Below are positions 16,774 through 26,888 of a stretch of 64,000 nt of DNA, piece by piece (the stretch's first letter is position 1; each line of letters begins with the position of its first letter). A program made the translations under genes and the position numbers. The notes beneath the pieces were generated by a model, which saw only the letters and a program-made list of their open reading frames with translations, had not been told where the DNA came from and searched no databases. The stretch comes from Sumerlaeia bacterium (GTDB lineage: Bacteria > Sumerlaeota > Sumerlaeia > SLMS01 > JAHLLQ01), in the NCBI GenBank assembly GCA_040219255.1, contig JAVJSW010000068.1:1-64000 (forward strand). The letters run 5' to 3'.

Positions 16774-19700
16774 ATGCCTAACTCGATGGCCCACGCTCCG
16801 GAACCCGAATCTGTTGAAAAAGTTGAAGATGCGACCGCCGATTCGCCCGGCGGGATGGACACGGCGGACCCGCCGGATAGGACCGAGGGTGCGGAAGACG
16901 CGGTGGCCGGCGATGGCGATTCGGAGCCCGGGCCGGAGTCTTCCAGAGAACCGGAAGCGGTTGCCGGCGTGGCCTCTGACGCGACCGATTCGGACGATCC
17001 GGAGGAGGACGGGGAGCGGCCACCGAACGAGCCGGAGAATCCGGATTTGCGCAGCTTCCGGGCGTTGGCGGCGATTTTCCTTCAGGGCGATTTCGTCGGC
17101 AATGTGGTCCGTTCGCTGATTATGCTGATGATGGGCGCCACGGTCCTGGGTTTCGAGGACCATAGCGACCGTAACCGGACGCTGCTCCACTTGGCGGCGA
17201 CGGTTCCGTGGGTTCTTCTGTCGGTCATGGGCGGCCATCTGGCGGATCGCTTCTCGAAGCGCAGCATTGTGGTGTGGGCGAAATCCGCCGAGATCGTGCT
17301 GATGCTTCTGCTGGCGCTGACGGTGTCCATGAACGTCGCTCATTCGAATTTCTGGTTTGTCAGTCTGATCGTGGTCTTCCTGCTCAGTTGCCAGACGGCG
17401 CTGCATTCGCCGGCGCGGGTCGGCCTGATCGCCGAACTGCTTCCCGAGCGGCGCCTCTCCTGGGCCTTTGGCGTGCAGGAAGGCCTGACCATCGTCGGGT
17501 TCCTGGCGGGAACCATCCTGGCCGGGTGGTATCACGGGTCCTACTCCGAGTCATTGCCGTTGCTGGCGCTCTTTCTCGCCGGGGTGTCGCTCTGCGGGCT
17601 GATCCTTTCGCTGGTGATTTCTCCCATGCCGGCGGCCGAACCCCATCGCCGAATCCACCTCTTCGATGTGGAGCAATTCACGGCGAATTGGAATGAAATC
17701 TATCATCACAAGGGACTGCGTTGGACGTCTCTTGGGACTGTCTTGTGGTGGTGCATGGCGACCCTCACCGGAATCACGGTGTATAAATATGGTCAGGACT
17801 ACCTGGCATTGGGGTCCGTTGGCACAACGATGCTTCTCATCTGTGTCGGGGTCGGGATCGCGAGCGGCAGTCTGGCGGCGGGCTACCTGTCCCGGGGCCA
17901 GATCGAGGTTGGCCTGGTCCCCTTGGGCGGCATCTTCTCCGCCCTGTCGCTGCTTCTGATGTATGTGGCGATGCAACTGGATGGTCAGGTCGTGCTGGGA
18001 TGCGTGTTCCTGACGCTCACCGGATTCTTCGCGGGCTGGTTCCTTGTGCCGCTGAGGGCATACGTGCTGCACAATACCCACCCGGAAACGCGGGGCGGAA
18101 TTCTGGGGGTCATCAATTTCCTGCAGTTCAGCGCGGTGGCGTTGTCTGGCCTCTTGTATTGGGTGCTGACGGACTTCGCGGAAGTTCAGGCACCAACGGT
18201 CTTCCTCTTTATCGGCCTGTGCTTCCTGGTGATTGGCTTCATCAGCCTCAAGTTGATCCCGGAAGCCGGGGTGCGGTGCGCGTTGCTTTTGCTGACGCGG
18301 GCGGTGTACCGGATGACGGTGCGGGGCGAGGAGAAGGTACCGGCGAAGGGCGGGGCGCTGCTGGTGAGCAACCACGTGTCGTTCGCGGACGCGCTGTTAT
18401 TACTGGCGGCGACGCACCGGGCGCCGCGCTTCGTGATCTTCGAGGACATGTACGAGAAACCGCTGGTGAAGCCGTTGGCGAAGCTGGCGAACTGCATTCC
18501 GATTTCGACGAAAATGCCGGCGCGCGAGGTGCTCAAGCGGCTTCATGAAGCGAGCCAGGCGCTGCGCGACGGGGACCTGGTGGTGATTTTCGCCGAGGGC
18601 CAACTGACCCGCACGGGCAACCTGCTGCCGTTTCGCCGGGGTCTGGAGCGCATCATGAAGGACGTGGAGAACGTCCCCATCATCCCGACGCATCTGGACC
18701 GTCTCTGGGGTTCGATCTTCAGCTTTAGCGGCGGCACGTTCTTCCGGAAGCTGCCGGGACGGATTCCTCATCCGGCCACGGTGAGCTTCGGCGAGCCGAT
18801 GCCGGGGGACACGCCGGCGTGGAAGGTGCGCCGCGCGGTGCAGCGGCTGGAAAGCGACGCCTGGGAAGAGCGCAAGACGGATGCGCCGCTGCTGCACCGG
18901 GCGGCGATTCGGGGGATGCGGCAACGGCCCCGGTTCGTTTCCGCGGCGGATCACAACACGGTCGAAGGCCTGCCGAACTGGAAGCTGCTGACGGGCATCG
19001 TGGCGATGGCGCGGGTGCTGCGCGAGGACTGGCGCGGCCAGGACATGGTGGGCATCTGTCTGCCGCCGAGCATCGCCGGGGTGCTGGTCAATTTCGCGGC
19101 GATGCTGAGCGGCAAGGTGCCGGTGAATCTGAATTACACGGCGCCAGGTACGTTCGAGAAAATCAAAGAGCTGTGCGAGCTGAAGACGGTCGTGACGTCG
19201 CGGGCTTTCATGGAGAAGCTGCCGCTTGATTTCCCCTGCGACGTGATTTACGCCGAGGACTTGAAAGAGCGCGTCACGAAGCCGGTGCGGCTGCGGGCCA
19301 TGATCGACGGGCTGCTGTGCCCGGTGCGGGTGCTCGAGCGCAGCCTGGGCGCGCCGCGCAAACGGTCGGTGGACGATCTGGCGACGATCATTTTCAGCAG
19401 CGGCTCCACGGGCATGCCGAAGGGCGTTCAGCTTTCGCACTGGAACATCCAATCGAACTACGAAGCGGTGGCGCAGATCTTCAAGCTGAGCCACGAGGAC
19501 GGGATCCTGGGGGCGCTGCCGTTCTTTCACAGCTTCGGGTTCACGGTGACGCTGGGGATGCCGTTCGCGATCGGAGTGCGGGCGGTGTATTATCCGAATC
19601 CGGTGGACGCGCGGGCGATCGGTTCCCTGGTCGAGAGGCACAAGCTGACGATGATCGTGGCCACGCCGACGTTCTATCAGACCTATAACCGGCGCGTGGA

Positions 19701-20463
19701 GCCGGGCGAGTTCGGAAGTCTGCGCATCGTGGTGGCGGGGGCGGAGAAGCTGCGCGACGCGGTGGCGCGGGATTTCAAAGCCAAGTTCGGCATCGAGATC
19801 CTGGAGGGCTACGGCTGTACGGAATGTGCGCCGGTGGTCACGGTGAACACGCCAAGCCACCGGGAAGCGGGAATCTATCAGGTCGGGCACCGGCCGGGCA
19901 CCGTCGGCCATCCCATGCCGGGGGTCAGCATCCGGATCCTGGACACGGAAACCGGCCAGGAGTGCGATCCAGACAAGCCGGGTCTGCTTTACGTCAAGGG
20001 CCCGAACGTGATGTCGGGCTACCTGAAGCGCGACGACCTGACGGCGGAGGTGTTGAAGGACGGCTGGTATTCGACCGGCGACGTGGCGGTGATGGAGGAG
20101 GACGGCTTTATCCGCATCACGGACCGGCTGTCGCGGTTTAGCAAGATCGGCGGCGAGATGGTGCCCCACATCAAGGTGGAAGAGGCCCTGCAAGCGGTTT
20201 TGGATCAGAGCGACCGCGTTTTCGCCGTGACCGGTGTGGAAGACCCCGGCAAGGGCGAGAAGCTGGCGGTCCTCTACACCTGCAAGGACGAGGAGATGGA
20301 GACGGCTCTGAAGGGAATCAAGGGAACCGATTTGCCGAACTTGTGGATTCCCAAGCGTGGCGATTGCCACCGGGTGGACGAATTGCCGATGCTGGGGTCG
20401 GGAAAGCTGGACCTGAAGCTGATCAAGTCGGTGGCGGCGGAGCGCTGCAACGCCGTCAGTTAG
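16774..20463 (+). CDS. aas: LplT-like MFS + 2-acyl-GPE acyltransferase + acyl-ACP synthetase fusion
   Basis: MFS (GHLADRFSKR), acyltransferase (SNHVSFAD, FAEG) and AMP-binding domain (FSSGSTGMPKG, EGYGCTE, TGD, RFSKIGGEMV). Confidence 0.95.
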   Translation: MPNSMAHAPEPESVEKVEDATADSPGGMDTADPPDRTEGAEDAVAGDGDSEPGPESSREPEAVAGVASDATDSDDPEEDGERPPNEPENPDLRSFRALAAIFLQGDFVGNVVRSLIMLMMGATVLGFEDHSDRNRTLLHLAATVPWVLLSVMGGHLADRFSKRSIVVWAKSAEIVLMLLLALTVSMNVAHSNFWFVSLIVVFLLSCQTALHSPARVGLIAELLPERRLSWAFGVQEGLTIVGFLAGTILAGWYHGSYSESLPLLALFLAGVSLCGLILSLVISPMPAAEPHRRIHLFDVEQFTANWNEIYHHKGLRWTSLGTVLWWCMATLTGITVYKYGQDYLALGSVGTTMLLICVGVGIASGSLAAGYLSRGQIEVGLVPLGGIFSALSLLLMYVAMQLDGQVVLGCVFLTLTGFFAGWFLVPLRAYVLHNTHPETRGGILGVINFLQFSAVALSGLLYWVLTDFAEVQAPTVFLFIGLCFLVIGFISLKLIPEAGVRCALLLLTRAVYRMTVRGEEKVPAKGGALLVSNHVSFADALLLLAATHRAPRFVIFEDMYEKPLVKPLAKLANCIPISTKMPAREVLKRLHEASQALRDGDLVVIFAEGQLTRTGNLLPFRRGLERIMKDVENVPIIPTHLDRLWGSIFSFSGGTFFRKLPGRIPHPATVSFGEPMPGDTPAWKVRRAVQRLESDAWEERKTDAPLLHRAAIRGMRQRPRFVSAADHNTVEGLPNWKLLTGIVAMARVLREDWRGQDMVGICLPPSIAGVLVNFAAMLSGKVPVNLNYTAPGTFEKIKELCELKTVVTSRAFMEKLPLDFPCDVIYAEDLKERVTKPVRLRAMIDGLLCPVRVLERSLGAPRKRSVDDLATIIFSSGSTGMPKGVQLSHWNIQSNYEAVAQIFKLSHEDGILGALPFFHSFGFTVTLGMPFAIGVRAVYYPNPVDARAIGSLVERHKLTMIVATPTFYQTYNRRVEPGEFGSLRIVVAGAEKLRDAVARDFKAKFGIEILEGYGCTECAPVVTVNTPSHREAGIYQVGHRPGTVGHPMPGVSIRILDTETGQECDPDKPGLLYVKGPNVMSGYLKRDDLTAEVLKDGWYSTGDVAVMEEDGFIRITDRLSRFSKIGGEMVPHIKVEEALQAVLDQSDRVFAVTGVEDPGKGEKLAVLYTCKDEEMETALKGIKGTDLPNLWIPKRGDCHRVDELPMLGSGKLDLKLIKSVAAERCNAVS

Positions 20464-20681
20464 GCCGTCCCGGGCAGAATGTCGAAGATCACCGCCCCGA
20501 CCAGCAGCCCAAGAAGGACCGCCACGGTGAGGCCGACAGCGAGGCCGCGGTTCCAATTGCTGGCCGGTTCGGCTTTGGTCAGGCCCGCGGAGGCGGTTTT
20601 CCCCAGCGTGCCGGCGAGGTTCCAGATGATGAGCGATACGATGAAGATGGCGAAGACGGCGAGAAAGATATAAAACATCAT
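20460..20681 (-). CDS. Small two-TM membrane protein
   Basis: AAGGA RBS before MMFYIFLAVFAIFIV; two hydrophobic segments; stop overlaps the aas stop. Confidence 0.65.
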   Translation of the reverse strand: MMFYIFLAVFAIFIVSLIIWNLAGTLGKTASAGLTKAEPASNWNRGLAVGLTVAVLLGLLVGAVIFDILPGTA

Positions 20682-20818
20682 GATTGTCCTTGGCCCTTTG
20701 CGGCGAACGATCGCCGCCAAAGAGCAGCGTTCTTATTGAGAACGTATGCGCAAGAGCCGTGCACAGTTTCCGCCGGGGCGGCGATTTTTTCCTCAGGACA
20801 GGCGTAATAGAAAGGAAT

Positions 20819-21253
20819 TCAAGGGTTGCCGTCGGCCTTATTTTCCGAAACACCGCCCTCGTAGCGGCGCTGAGTGCGGATCAGGATCGCCGAGCCCCGG
20901 GCGATGACCTTGGGTTCGGCGTCTTCGTCTGCGCGAAGTGAGACGGTGGCTTCGCCGTACAGGACGGTGCGCCCGGCGCGCGGGACGCGGCCTTCGACGG
21001 TGATGATGCCTTCGCGGGCGGAACCGAGATAGGTGATGTCGAGGTGGGAAGTGAGGGCGACCTCGCGCTCCAGGTCCAGATAGCCGTTCGCCGCCCGCCC
21101 CAGCGTATCGTCGACCAACGCGGCCACGATGCCGCCATGGAGCACGCCGAGGCGCTGGAGCAACTCGGGCCGCATGATGAGGCGCTGCTCGACATGGCCG
21201 GGCTCGACGATGAGGAATTCGGCGCCGAGGAACTCGAAAAAACGATCACGCAT
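20819..21253 (-). CDS. PaaI-family thioesterase
   Basis: GVLHGGIVAALVDD hotdog motif and LDITYL. Confidence 0.9.
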   Translation of the reverse strand: MRDRFFEFLGAEFLIVEPGHVEQRLIMRPELLQRLGVLHGGIVAALVDDTLGRAANGYLDLEREVALTSHLDITYLGSAREGIITVEGRVPRAGRTVLYGEATVSLRADEDAEPKVIARGSAILIRTQRRYEGGVSENKADGNP

Positions 21254-21260
21254 GGGGGAT

Positions 21261-21298
21261 AACCACAGAGGGCTCAGAGGTTGGAGTTTCACTGAGGG
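21261..21298 (+). repeat. Dispersed repeat, type A, copy 3 (degenerate)
   Basis: AACCACAGAGGGCTCAGAGGTTGGAGTTTCACTGAGGG. Confidence 0.78.
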
Positions 21299-21306
21299 GG
21301 TAAAGT

Positions 21307-21387
21307 AATTGGCCGCGGATGAATAAGATAAATCAGATTGTTTTCAAAACCTTTGATCCTATTCATCCCATTCATCGGCGGCTAATT
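21307..21387. repeat. Inverted-repeat element with 9-bp-period arms (type C)
   Basis: AATTGGCCGCGGATGAATAAGATAAATCAGAT ... ATCCTATTCATCCCATTCATCGGCGGCTAATT. Confidence 0.8.
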
Positions 21388-21391
21388 TCTA

Positions 21392-22831
21392 TCACGACAC
21401 CGCGTTGGCGACGATATCGCGGAGCTGGATGAGGCCGTACTTGGTGACGTTCATGAATTCGCGGGGGGTGGAAACGCCTTTCAAGGTGCGCATGATGAAG
21501 GCGGGGCGCATGTAGAACTGGCGCAGACCCCGGGTGCGGAGCTTGGCCAGGTCCTTCTTGGAAATCTTCATCGTGCCCATGGCGGGTTCGCCGTAGGCTT
21601 CGCGGGGGATGATGCCGTCGGGCAGGAGGCCTTTCTCCACCGCTTCTTTATAGAGCGCGGTGCCGGGGAAGGGATAGGGGTAGAAGATTTCGAGGAAGTC
21701 GGGATCGACCGCTTTGGCGAATTCGATGTCCTTCTTCAGGGCTGCTTCGTCGTCGTCGGGCAGGCCGAAGAGGAGGTACATGCTGCGCTTGATGCCGGCT
21801 TCGCGGGTGATGCGCAGGGCGTGGTGGGCTTGTTCGACGGTGGCTTTGCCGCCCTTGTTGATAGCGATCAGGGCGTCGTCGTCGCCCTTTTCGACGCCAA
21901 AGGCGATGATCCAGCAGCCCGCCTCGCGCATCGGCCCGAGGACTTCCTCGGTGATGGTATCGACGCGGCTGTTGCAGGCCCAGGAGATGTCGAGTTTTTC
22001 CTCGAGAATGCGCTCGCAGAGCGTGCGGACCCACTTCTTGTTTTGGGTGAAGAGGTCGCTGCGGAAGAGAAAGTTGCGGATGCCGTACGTCTCGACGCAC
22101 TGCTTGATTTCGCCGATGACGTTTTCGACGCTGCGATAGCGATTCACGAGGCCGCTGACCTGGTTCGCGAGGCAATAGGTGCAGGAGAACGGACAACCGC
22201 GGTTCGTGACCAGGGTGGTCTGCATTTCGTCCGTATCGGGCCGGCGATAGAGCGCGTTGTTCGTCAGGTGGCGGGCCGGATAGGGGATGTCGTCGAGGTT
22301 TTTGGGCAGTTCGCGGTCCGGATTGCGGACGATGCGGCCGTCGGCGTCGCGCCAGGTCAGGCCGTGGATTTCCGCCGTGGGGCGGCCCTCGCCCAGCTCC
22401 AGGCAGGTGAACTCGTACTCGCCGCGCAGCGCCAGGTCGAGCGACGGGTGCTCGGTCATGGCGCGCATGTCGAGCGTGTTGAAGTGGGCGCCTTTGGCGA
22501 TCGTCGTGCAGTCCGGCAGAACCTTCTTGATCAAGTCCGATGCCTTCATGTCGTCCTCGAAGGACGGCGTGGTGATCGACATGATGACGATGTCGGGGGC
22601 GAATTCCCGAAGGTCGCTTTCGAGGCGTGCCCAGCCCCAATCCTCCGCCGGATAATCGGTCAGGCGGCACTCGGCGCCGGCCTTCTCGAAGCAGGCGGCG
22701 GCGTACATCAGGTCCGTCGGCGGACGGAGAGCCACGGTGCGGAGCTTCTCAATGGGCGTTTGGCATCGGTCTTCGCGGATAAAGCGGCCGGTGGGGGGAA
22801 CGATGCAAAAGACGCGTTCGGGTTTGTTCAT
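21392..22831 (-). CDS. Cobalamin-binding radical SAM protein (HpnJ-like)
   Basis: B12 domain (RPPTDL, KGAH, RGEYE); NRGCPFSCTYC; WACNSRVD; FGVE. Confidence 0.9.
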   Translation of the reverse strand: MNKPERVFCIVPPTGRFIREDRCQTPIEKLRTVALRPPTDLMYAAACFEKAGAECRLTDYPAEDWGWARLESDLREFAPDIVIMSITTPSFEDDMKASDLIKKVLPDCTTIAKGAHFNTLDMRAMTEHPSLDLALRGEYEFTCLELGEGRPTAEIHGLTWRDADGRIVRNPDRELPKNLDDIPYPARHLTNNALYRRPDTDEMQTTLVTNRGCPFSCTYCLANQVSGLVNRYRSVENVIGEIKQCVETYGIRNFLFRSDLFTQNKKWVRTLCERILEEKLDISWACNSRVDTITEEVLGPMREAGCWIIAFGVEKGDDDALIAINKGGKATVEQAHHALRITREAGIKRSMYLLFGLPDDDEAALKKDIEFAKAVDPDFLEIFYPYPFPGTALYKEAVEKGLLPDGIIPREAYGEPAMGTMKISKKDLAKLRTRGLRQFYMRPAFIMRTLKGVSTPREFMNVTKYGLIQLRDIVANAVS

Positions 22832-22989
22832 GGCGAAGGGGCGGGAGATGTCCTTGGGTCATTGGCCTGGAGAATCGAGGACCCAGGCTGTCGGTTGAGG
22901 ACGCTAGGAGGAAGAGGTGGGCTCGTCAAGCGAAGGGAGAAGCGGGGCGAGCGTTGGCGGCCCGTGTGATGCGAGCCTGCCCCACGGCC

Positions 22990-23036
22990 GCCCTAATCCT
23001 TCAAGAAATCACCGCTGAGACGCGGAAAACGCAGAG
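22990..23036 (+). repeat. Dispersed repeat, type B end
   Basis: GCCCTAATCCTTCAAGAAATCACCGCTGAGACGCGGAAAACGCAGAG; matches 10295. Confidence 0.75.
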
Positions 23037-23273
23037 CTAGATGGCGCTTTTGAAGTTAGCCGGAACCACCGGCAGGCCTCGGTTCCTGGCTGGATGACCG
23101 GGAAACGGCGGCCGATTCTTTTGAAAAGTGCTTATCCATGCAGGAAATTGCCAGATTTGCCGCGACTTTGGTTGGGCCTGGCAAGTATTCGGATTTCGGA
23201 TTCATTTGCAGATTTCTTCTTTCGTTCGACTTAAAGCAGGCAACTCACTTTCCTGACCACACCTTTCAAATGA

Positions 23274-23312
23274 TCTCTGTGGAACCTCTGTCCTCCGTGC
23301 CCTCTGTGGTGA
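23274..23312 (-). repeat. Dispersed repeat, type A, copy 4
   Basis: Reverse complement is TCACCACAGAGGGCACGGAGGACAGAGGTTCCACAGAGA. Confidence 0.85.
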
Positions 23313-23424
23313 AGGATCGCGGCCACGGCCGAATCGGATCGGCGAAAAGCCTTGCATTGGCGCCGCCAATGGGTAGTTTTCCAGCCCCGCGCGACATGCG
23401 GGAGTGTGAGGAGACGGTGCCGTC

Positions 23425-23700
23425 ATGGCGACAACATTGCCCCGGGAACTGCTCGACATCCTGATTTGCCCGGAAACGCGCGCCCCGCTGGTGGTGGATG
23501 CGCAGGGGCATCTGGTCTCCACCGATGCGGCTTGCCGCCGGCGCTACAGCGTCGAGGACGGCATTCCGAACATGCTGATCGAGGACGCGGAGGTGCTGAG
23601 CGAGAGCGAGCACGCCGAGGTTCTCGCCTGGGCGAAGGCGAATCCCGACGCTCAGCCGGCAGCGACACGCGCCGCATGGAAATCCGCCGGGGCCAACTGA
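23425..23700 (+). CDS. Trm112-family protein
   Basis: LLDILICPETRAPL ... YSVEDGIPNMLIEDA. Confidence 0.9.
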   Translation: MATTLPRELLDILICPETRAPLVVDAQGHLVSTDAACRRRYSVEDGIPNMLIEDAEVLSESEHAEVLAWAKANPDAQPAATRAAWKSAGAN

Positions 23701-23796
23701 GCCGCCACCGAGTGAGCCTCCGGCAAAGTCTTACATCCCCCCAGGCCTTCGCCCGTCGAAAACCGTGGGCCGCAACAAACACCGAGGATTTGTCTC

Positions 23797-24168
23797 ATGA
23801 AGCAAGACATCCACCCCAAGTACGGTCGCGTCATTTTCCGCGACATCAACACCGGAGACCAATGGATTGGTTCCTCCACCAAGCTGAACGGAAAGCTGGA
23901 GACGATGGACGGCGAAGAACTGCCCGTCGTGCCGTTGGACATCAGTTCGCAGAGCCACCCGTTCTACACTGGCAAGGGCAACTTCCTGGATACGGAAGGC
24001 CGCATCGACCGCTTCAAGAAGCGCTTTGCCGCGCCGGTGAAGGGCAAGAAGGCGACGAAGGCCGAGAAGGCCGCCAACCGCGCGAAGGCCGAGGAGGAAG
24101 CTCCCTCGACCGAGGAAGCCCCCGCCGCCGAAGGCGCCGTGGCCGCGGAAGAAACTCCCGCCGAGTAA
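23797..24168 (+). CDS. rpmE2: 50S ribosomal protein L31, type B (Cys-free)
   Basis: [32 protein letters not shown]; Ala/Lys/Glu tail. Confidence 0.95.
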   Translation: MKQDIHPKYGRVIFRDINTGDQWIGSSTKLNGKLETMDGEELPVVPLDISSQSHPFYTGKGNFLDTEGRIDRFKKRFAAPVKGKKATKAEKAANRAKAEEEAPSTEEAPAAEGAVAAEETPAE

Positions 24169-24199
24169 GTCGCCGGCTTGGCGATCAAGCAGGAATGAG

Positions 24200-24240
24200 G
24201 AACGGCGCCCCTGAGAGTGGGGGCGCCGTTCTTGCGTTTT
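24200..24240 (+). terminator. Intrinsic terminator
   Basis: GAACGGCGCCCC-loop-GGGGCGCCGTTC perfect 12-bp stem plus T-rich tail, between convergent genes. Confidence 0.85.
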
Positions 24241-24263
24241 GGGTATGCTTCAGTGTTCCGTTC

Positions 24264-26792
24264 TTACCAGCTCAGCACCCACGCGCTCGCGCTGTAGGGC
24301 TGGTCTTTGATGACGAGGGAGCCCTTGCGCAGGGCGACATCTTTGGCGGTGGCGTTGAGGAGGGCGAGGGATTCGAAGCGCGAGGGCTCGCCCCAGGCTT
24401 TGGGCAATTGGACGGTCAGGTCGCCGCTATCGGGCTTGCGGGCGAGGGAGACGACGACGACTTCTTCGGGCGCGACGCGGGCGTAGACGAGGCGTTCGGC
24501 GTCCATGTGCAGCGGCACCAGCCATCCGCGGCGCAGGGCGACGCTGTCGTGGCGGGCCTTGGCCCAGGCGGCGACGTGCTCGAAGGTGGCGCTCTGGTAT
24601 GCGTTCCAATCCGCTTCGGGGATCATCATGCGGCGGTTGTCGGGATCGTGGGCGCCGGTCAGACCGATTTCATCACCGTAGTACACCAGCGGCATGCCGG
24701 GGATGGTCATCAGGTAGGCGAAGGCGAGCTTGATTTTCTCGTAACTTTGCGGGTCGTCCACCTGGGGGGCGTCTTCGCTGAAGGCGAGGAACTTGGCCTT
24801 TTGATCGTCGAAGGGCACGTCTTTGTCGGCGTAGCCCATGAAGCGGGGGAAATCGTGGTTGCCGATGAGGGGGCTCATGGTGGCGGCGAGGGGGTATTCG
24901 CGCTGGCTGGCGAGGAGGGCTTCGCCGACGGAGTCGAGGCCGCCGGTTTCACGTGAAAAGGCTTCGCGGGTGGGCCAGAAGAGGGGGAAGTCGAACTGGC
25001 CATCGAGGAGTTCGGGGCCGACGAATTCGTTGATGGTGCCTCGGCTGGCGATGCTCTCGCCGACTTGGTAGAGGCGTTTGTTCTGAGGCTTGGCGATTTC
25101 GGTGATGAGTTTTTCGGTGAGGCGCTCCCAGAAGACAAGCGGCACGTGCTTCACCGCGTCGTGGCGGAAGCCATCGGCGCCGGTTTCCTGAAGCCACCAG
25201 ACACCCACGTCGGTCATTTTCTCGACCAGGTCGGGATGATCCGGATAGTTGAGAGAAGGCAGGAAGGTGTCGAACCAGGTGGTGAAGGGATGGGCGTCGA
25301 ACTGGCGGATGTTCTTGGAGCCGTCGGGCAGTTCGAGGGGAACGATCCAGTCGGGGTTGGTTTCGAGCATGGGGTGCTCTTGGTGGACGTGGTTGCTGAC
25401 GAAGTCGAGGAGGACGGCGCGCGATTGGCTGTGGGCGGTGGCGACGGTTTCTTTGAGTTCTTCGAGGGTTCCGAAGCGCGGGTCCGTTTCCTGGTTCCGG
25501 GTGGGCCAATAGCCGTGGTAGCCGGTGAAGTGCTCCTTGGGCGGCATGGCGTCCTGCCAAGCGCCATCGGGCTGCTTGTTGACGGGGGACAGCCACAGGC
25601 TCGTGATGCCGAGGCGGTCGAAGTAGCCTTCGTTGAGGGCCTGGGTGACGCCGGCGAAATCGCCGCCCTTGAAGTTCCCCTGGTGCTTGAGGTTCGGGTC
25701 CTGAACCGGGGCGTCGTTCTCCGGGTCGGCGTTACGGAAGCGGTCGACGACGACGTAGTAGAGGATGTCGTCCTTAGGCGCGCGGGGGGCGTGGGAGAAA
25801 TCGAAGGGGCGGGTGATGGAGCCCCGGCGTCCGTCGTTGGTGACGGCGACGAGGGTGACGAATTGCTCGGGCCCCCACTTGTCTTTGGGCACATCGAGGC
25901 GCACCACGCCGGTGACGGGGTTGACCTGGAAGCCATCGTCCACGGGGGCGTTGTTGACCAGGAGGAGCATGTGGCTGGATTCGAGGCGCGAGGGCGTGGT
26001 GAGGGAAACGCGAAAGCCGCCCTGGGGCCCGACGCCGGGGGCGTTGGCGGGTAGCATGGCGATTTCCAGGGGTTCCTTGGGAGCTTCGCCGTCGCCGAGG
26101 GGCGCGACGGTGAGCTTGGAGTTGGCGTAGCCGCCTTCGGAAATGGTATTCGGATTGTCCGGATCCATGATCCAGTTTCCATCGACTACGAATTTATAGG
26201 GGTAATCGCCGGCCGGCAGGGAAAGCGTGGCGGTATAGGTGCTGTCGCCATCGGAGTCGGTGAGGGTATCGCGGCCGGGGGTCCAGCCGTTGAAGGGGCC
26301 GGCGATGGAAACGGAATCGGGGGCTTTGCCCTTGTGTGAATAGGTCACCTCGACCTTGGGCATGGGGGAGACGGTGAGGGGAACGGCGACTTCGTAGGTG
26401 CCGCCGCCTTCGAGTTGCAGGTCGGCGATCAGGAGGCCCTGGCCGTTGGCGGATTCGTCGCTGTGGACGCGGAGGGCGGCGGGGGACTGGCCCGAGGCGA
26501 GGCGCACGCCACCGAGGTCGCCGGAGAGGCGGAGGCCGCGGAAGCCGATGGCGGGCCGGGGGGCGGCGTGGAGGAAATCGACGGTGCCGCTCTCGCCGGA
26601 GACGATGGTCAGGGGTTGGAGGGGAATGGGGACTTGGCTCGGGGCCCAGACGGGGCCGGTGGCCGGGCGGGTTTGCGGAGAGACCGGCATGGTGGCGGGG
26701 CGGGATTGGGCGTCGCAGGCCATGGGCAAAGCGGCCGCCCCCGCCAGGAGCGAAACCGCAAAGAGACGTTGCGGGCTGGATTGGGTTTTCAT
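24264..26792 (-). CDS. GH13 alpha-amylase family lipoprotein with CBM48-like glycogen-binding domain
   Basis: Leader ending PMAC; AGPFNGW..YKFVVDGNW CBM; YHGYW, DFVSNH, GFRHDAVKH, VGES, GNHD, YYGDEIG. Confidence 0.93.
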   Translation of the reverse strand: MKTQSSPQRLFAVSLLAGAAALPMACDAQSRPATMPVSPQTRPATGPVWAPSQVPIPLQPLTIVSGESGTVDFLHAAPRPAIGFRGLRLSGDLGGVRLASGQSPAALRVHSDESANGQGLLIADLQLEGGGTYEVAVPLTVSPMPKVEVTYSHKGKAPDSVSIAGPFNGWTPGRDTLTDSDGDSTYTATLSLPAGDYPYKFVVDGNWIMDPDNPNTISEGGYANSKLTVAPLGDGEAPKEPLEIAMLPANAPGVGPQGGFRVSLTTPSRLESSHMLLLVNNAPVDDGFQVNPVTGVVRLDVPKDKWGPEQFVTLVAVTNDGRRGSITRPFDFSHAPRAPKDDILYYVVVDRFRNADPENDAPVQDPNLKHQGNFKGGDFAGVTQALNEGYFDRLGITSLWLSPVNKQPDGAWQDAMPPKEHFTGYHGYWPTRNQETDPRFGTLEELKETVATAHSQSRAVLLDFVSNHVHQEHPMLETNPDWIVPLELPDGSKNIRQFDAHPFTTWFDTFLPSLNYPDHPDLVEKMTDVGVWWLQETGADGFRHDAVKHVPLVFWERLTEKLITEIAKPQNKRLYQVGESIASRGTINEFVGPELLDGQFDFPLFWPTREAFSRETGGLDSVGEALLASQREYPLAATMSPLIGNHDFPRFMGYADKDVPFDDQKAKFLAFSEDAPQVDDPQSYEKIKLAFAYLMTIPGMPLVYYGDEIGLTGAHDPDNRRMMIPEADWNAYQSATFEHVAAWAKARHDSVALRRGWLVPLHMDAERLVYARVAPEEVVVVSLARKPDSGDLTVQLPKAWGEPSRFESLALLNATAKDVALRKGSLVIKDQPYSASAWVLSW

Positions 26793-26888
26793 GGGAGGTT
26801 CGTCGCTCGGAAAGGATGTGAAATGGCTCCTAAGACATTGCGGCCCGCAATCGGCGGCGTCAAGCTTGGGCGGAGGATGGAAGCCCCC

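Noticed and set aside
20727-20743. Palindrome CGTTCT-N5-AGAACG upstream of the small membrane gene
   Set aside because: Single short instance, no cognate regulator nearby, compatible with chance.
18400-20853. 817-aa minus-strand ORF
   Set aside because: Antisense shadow of aas; Arg/His-rich nonsense translation.
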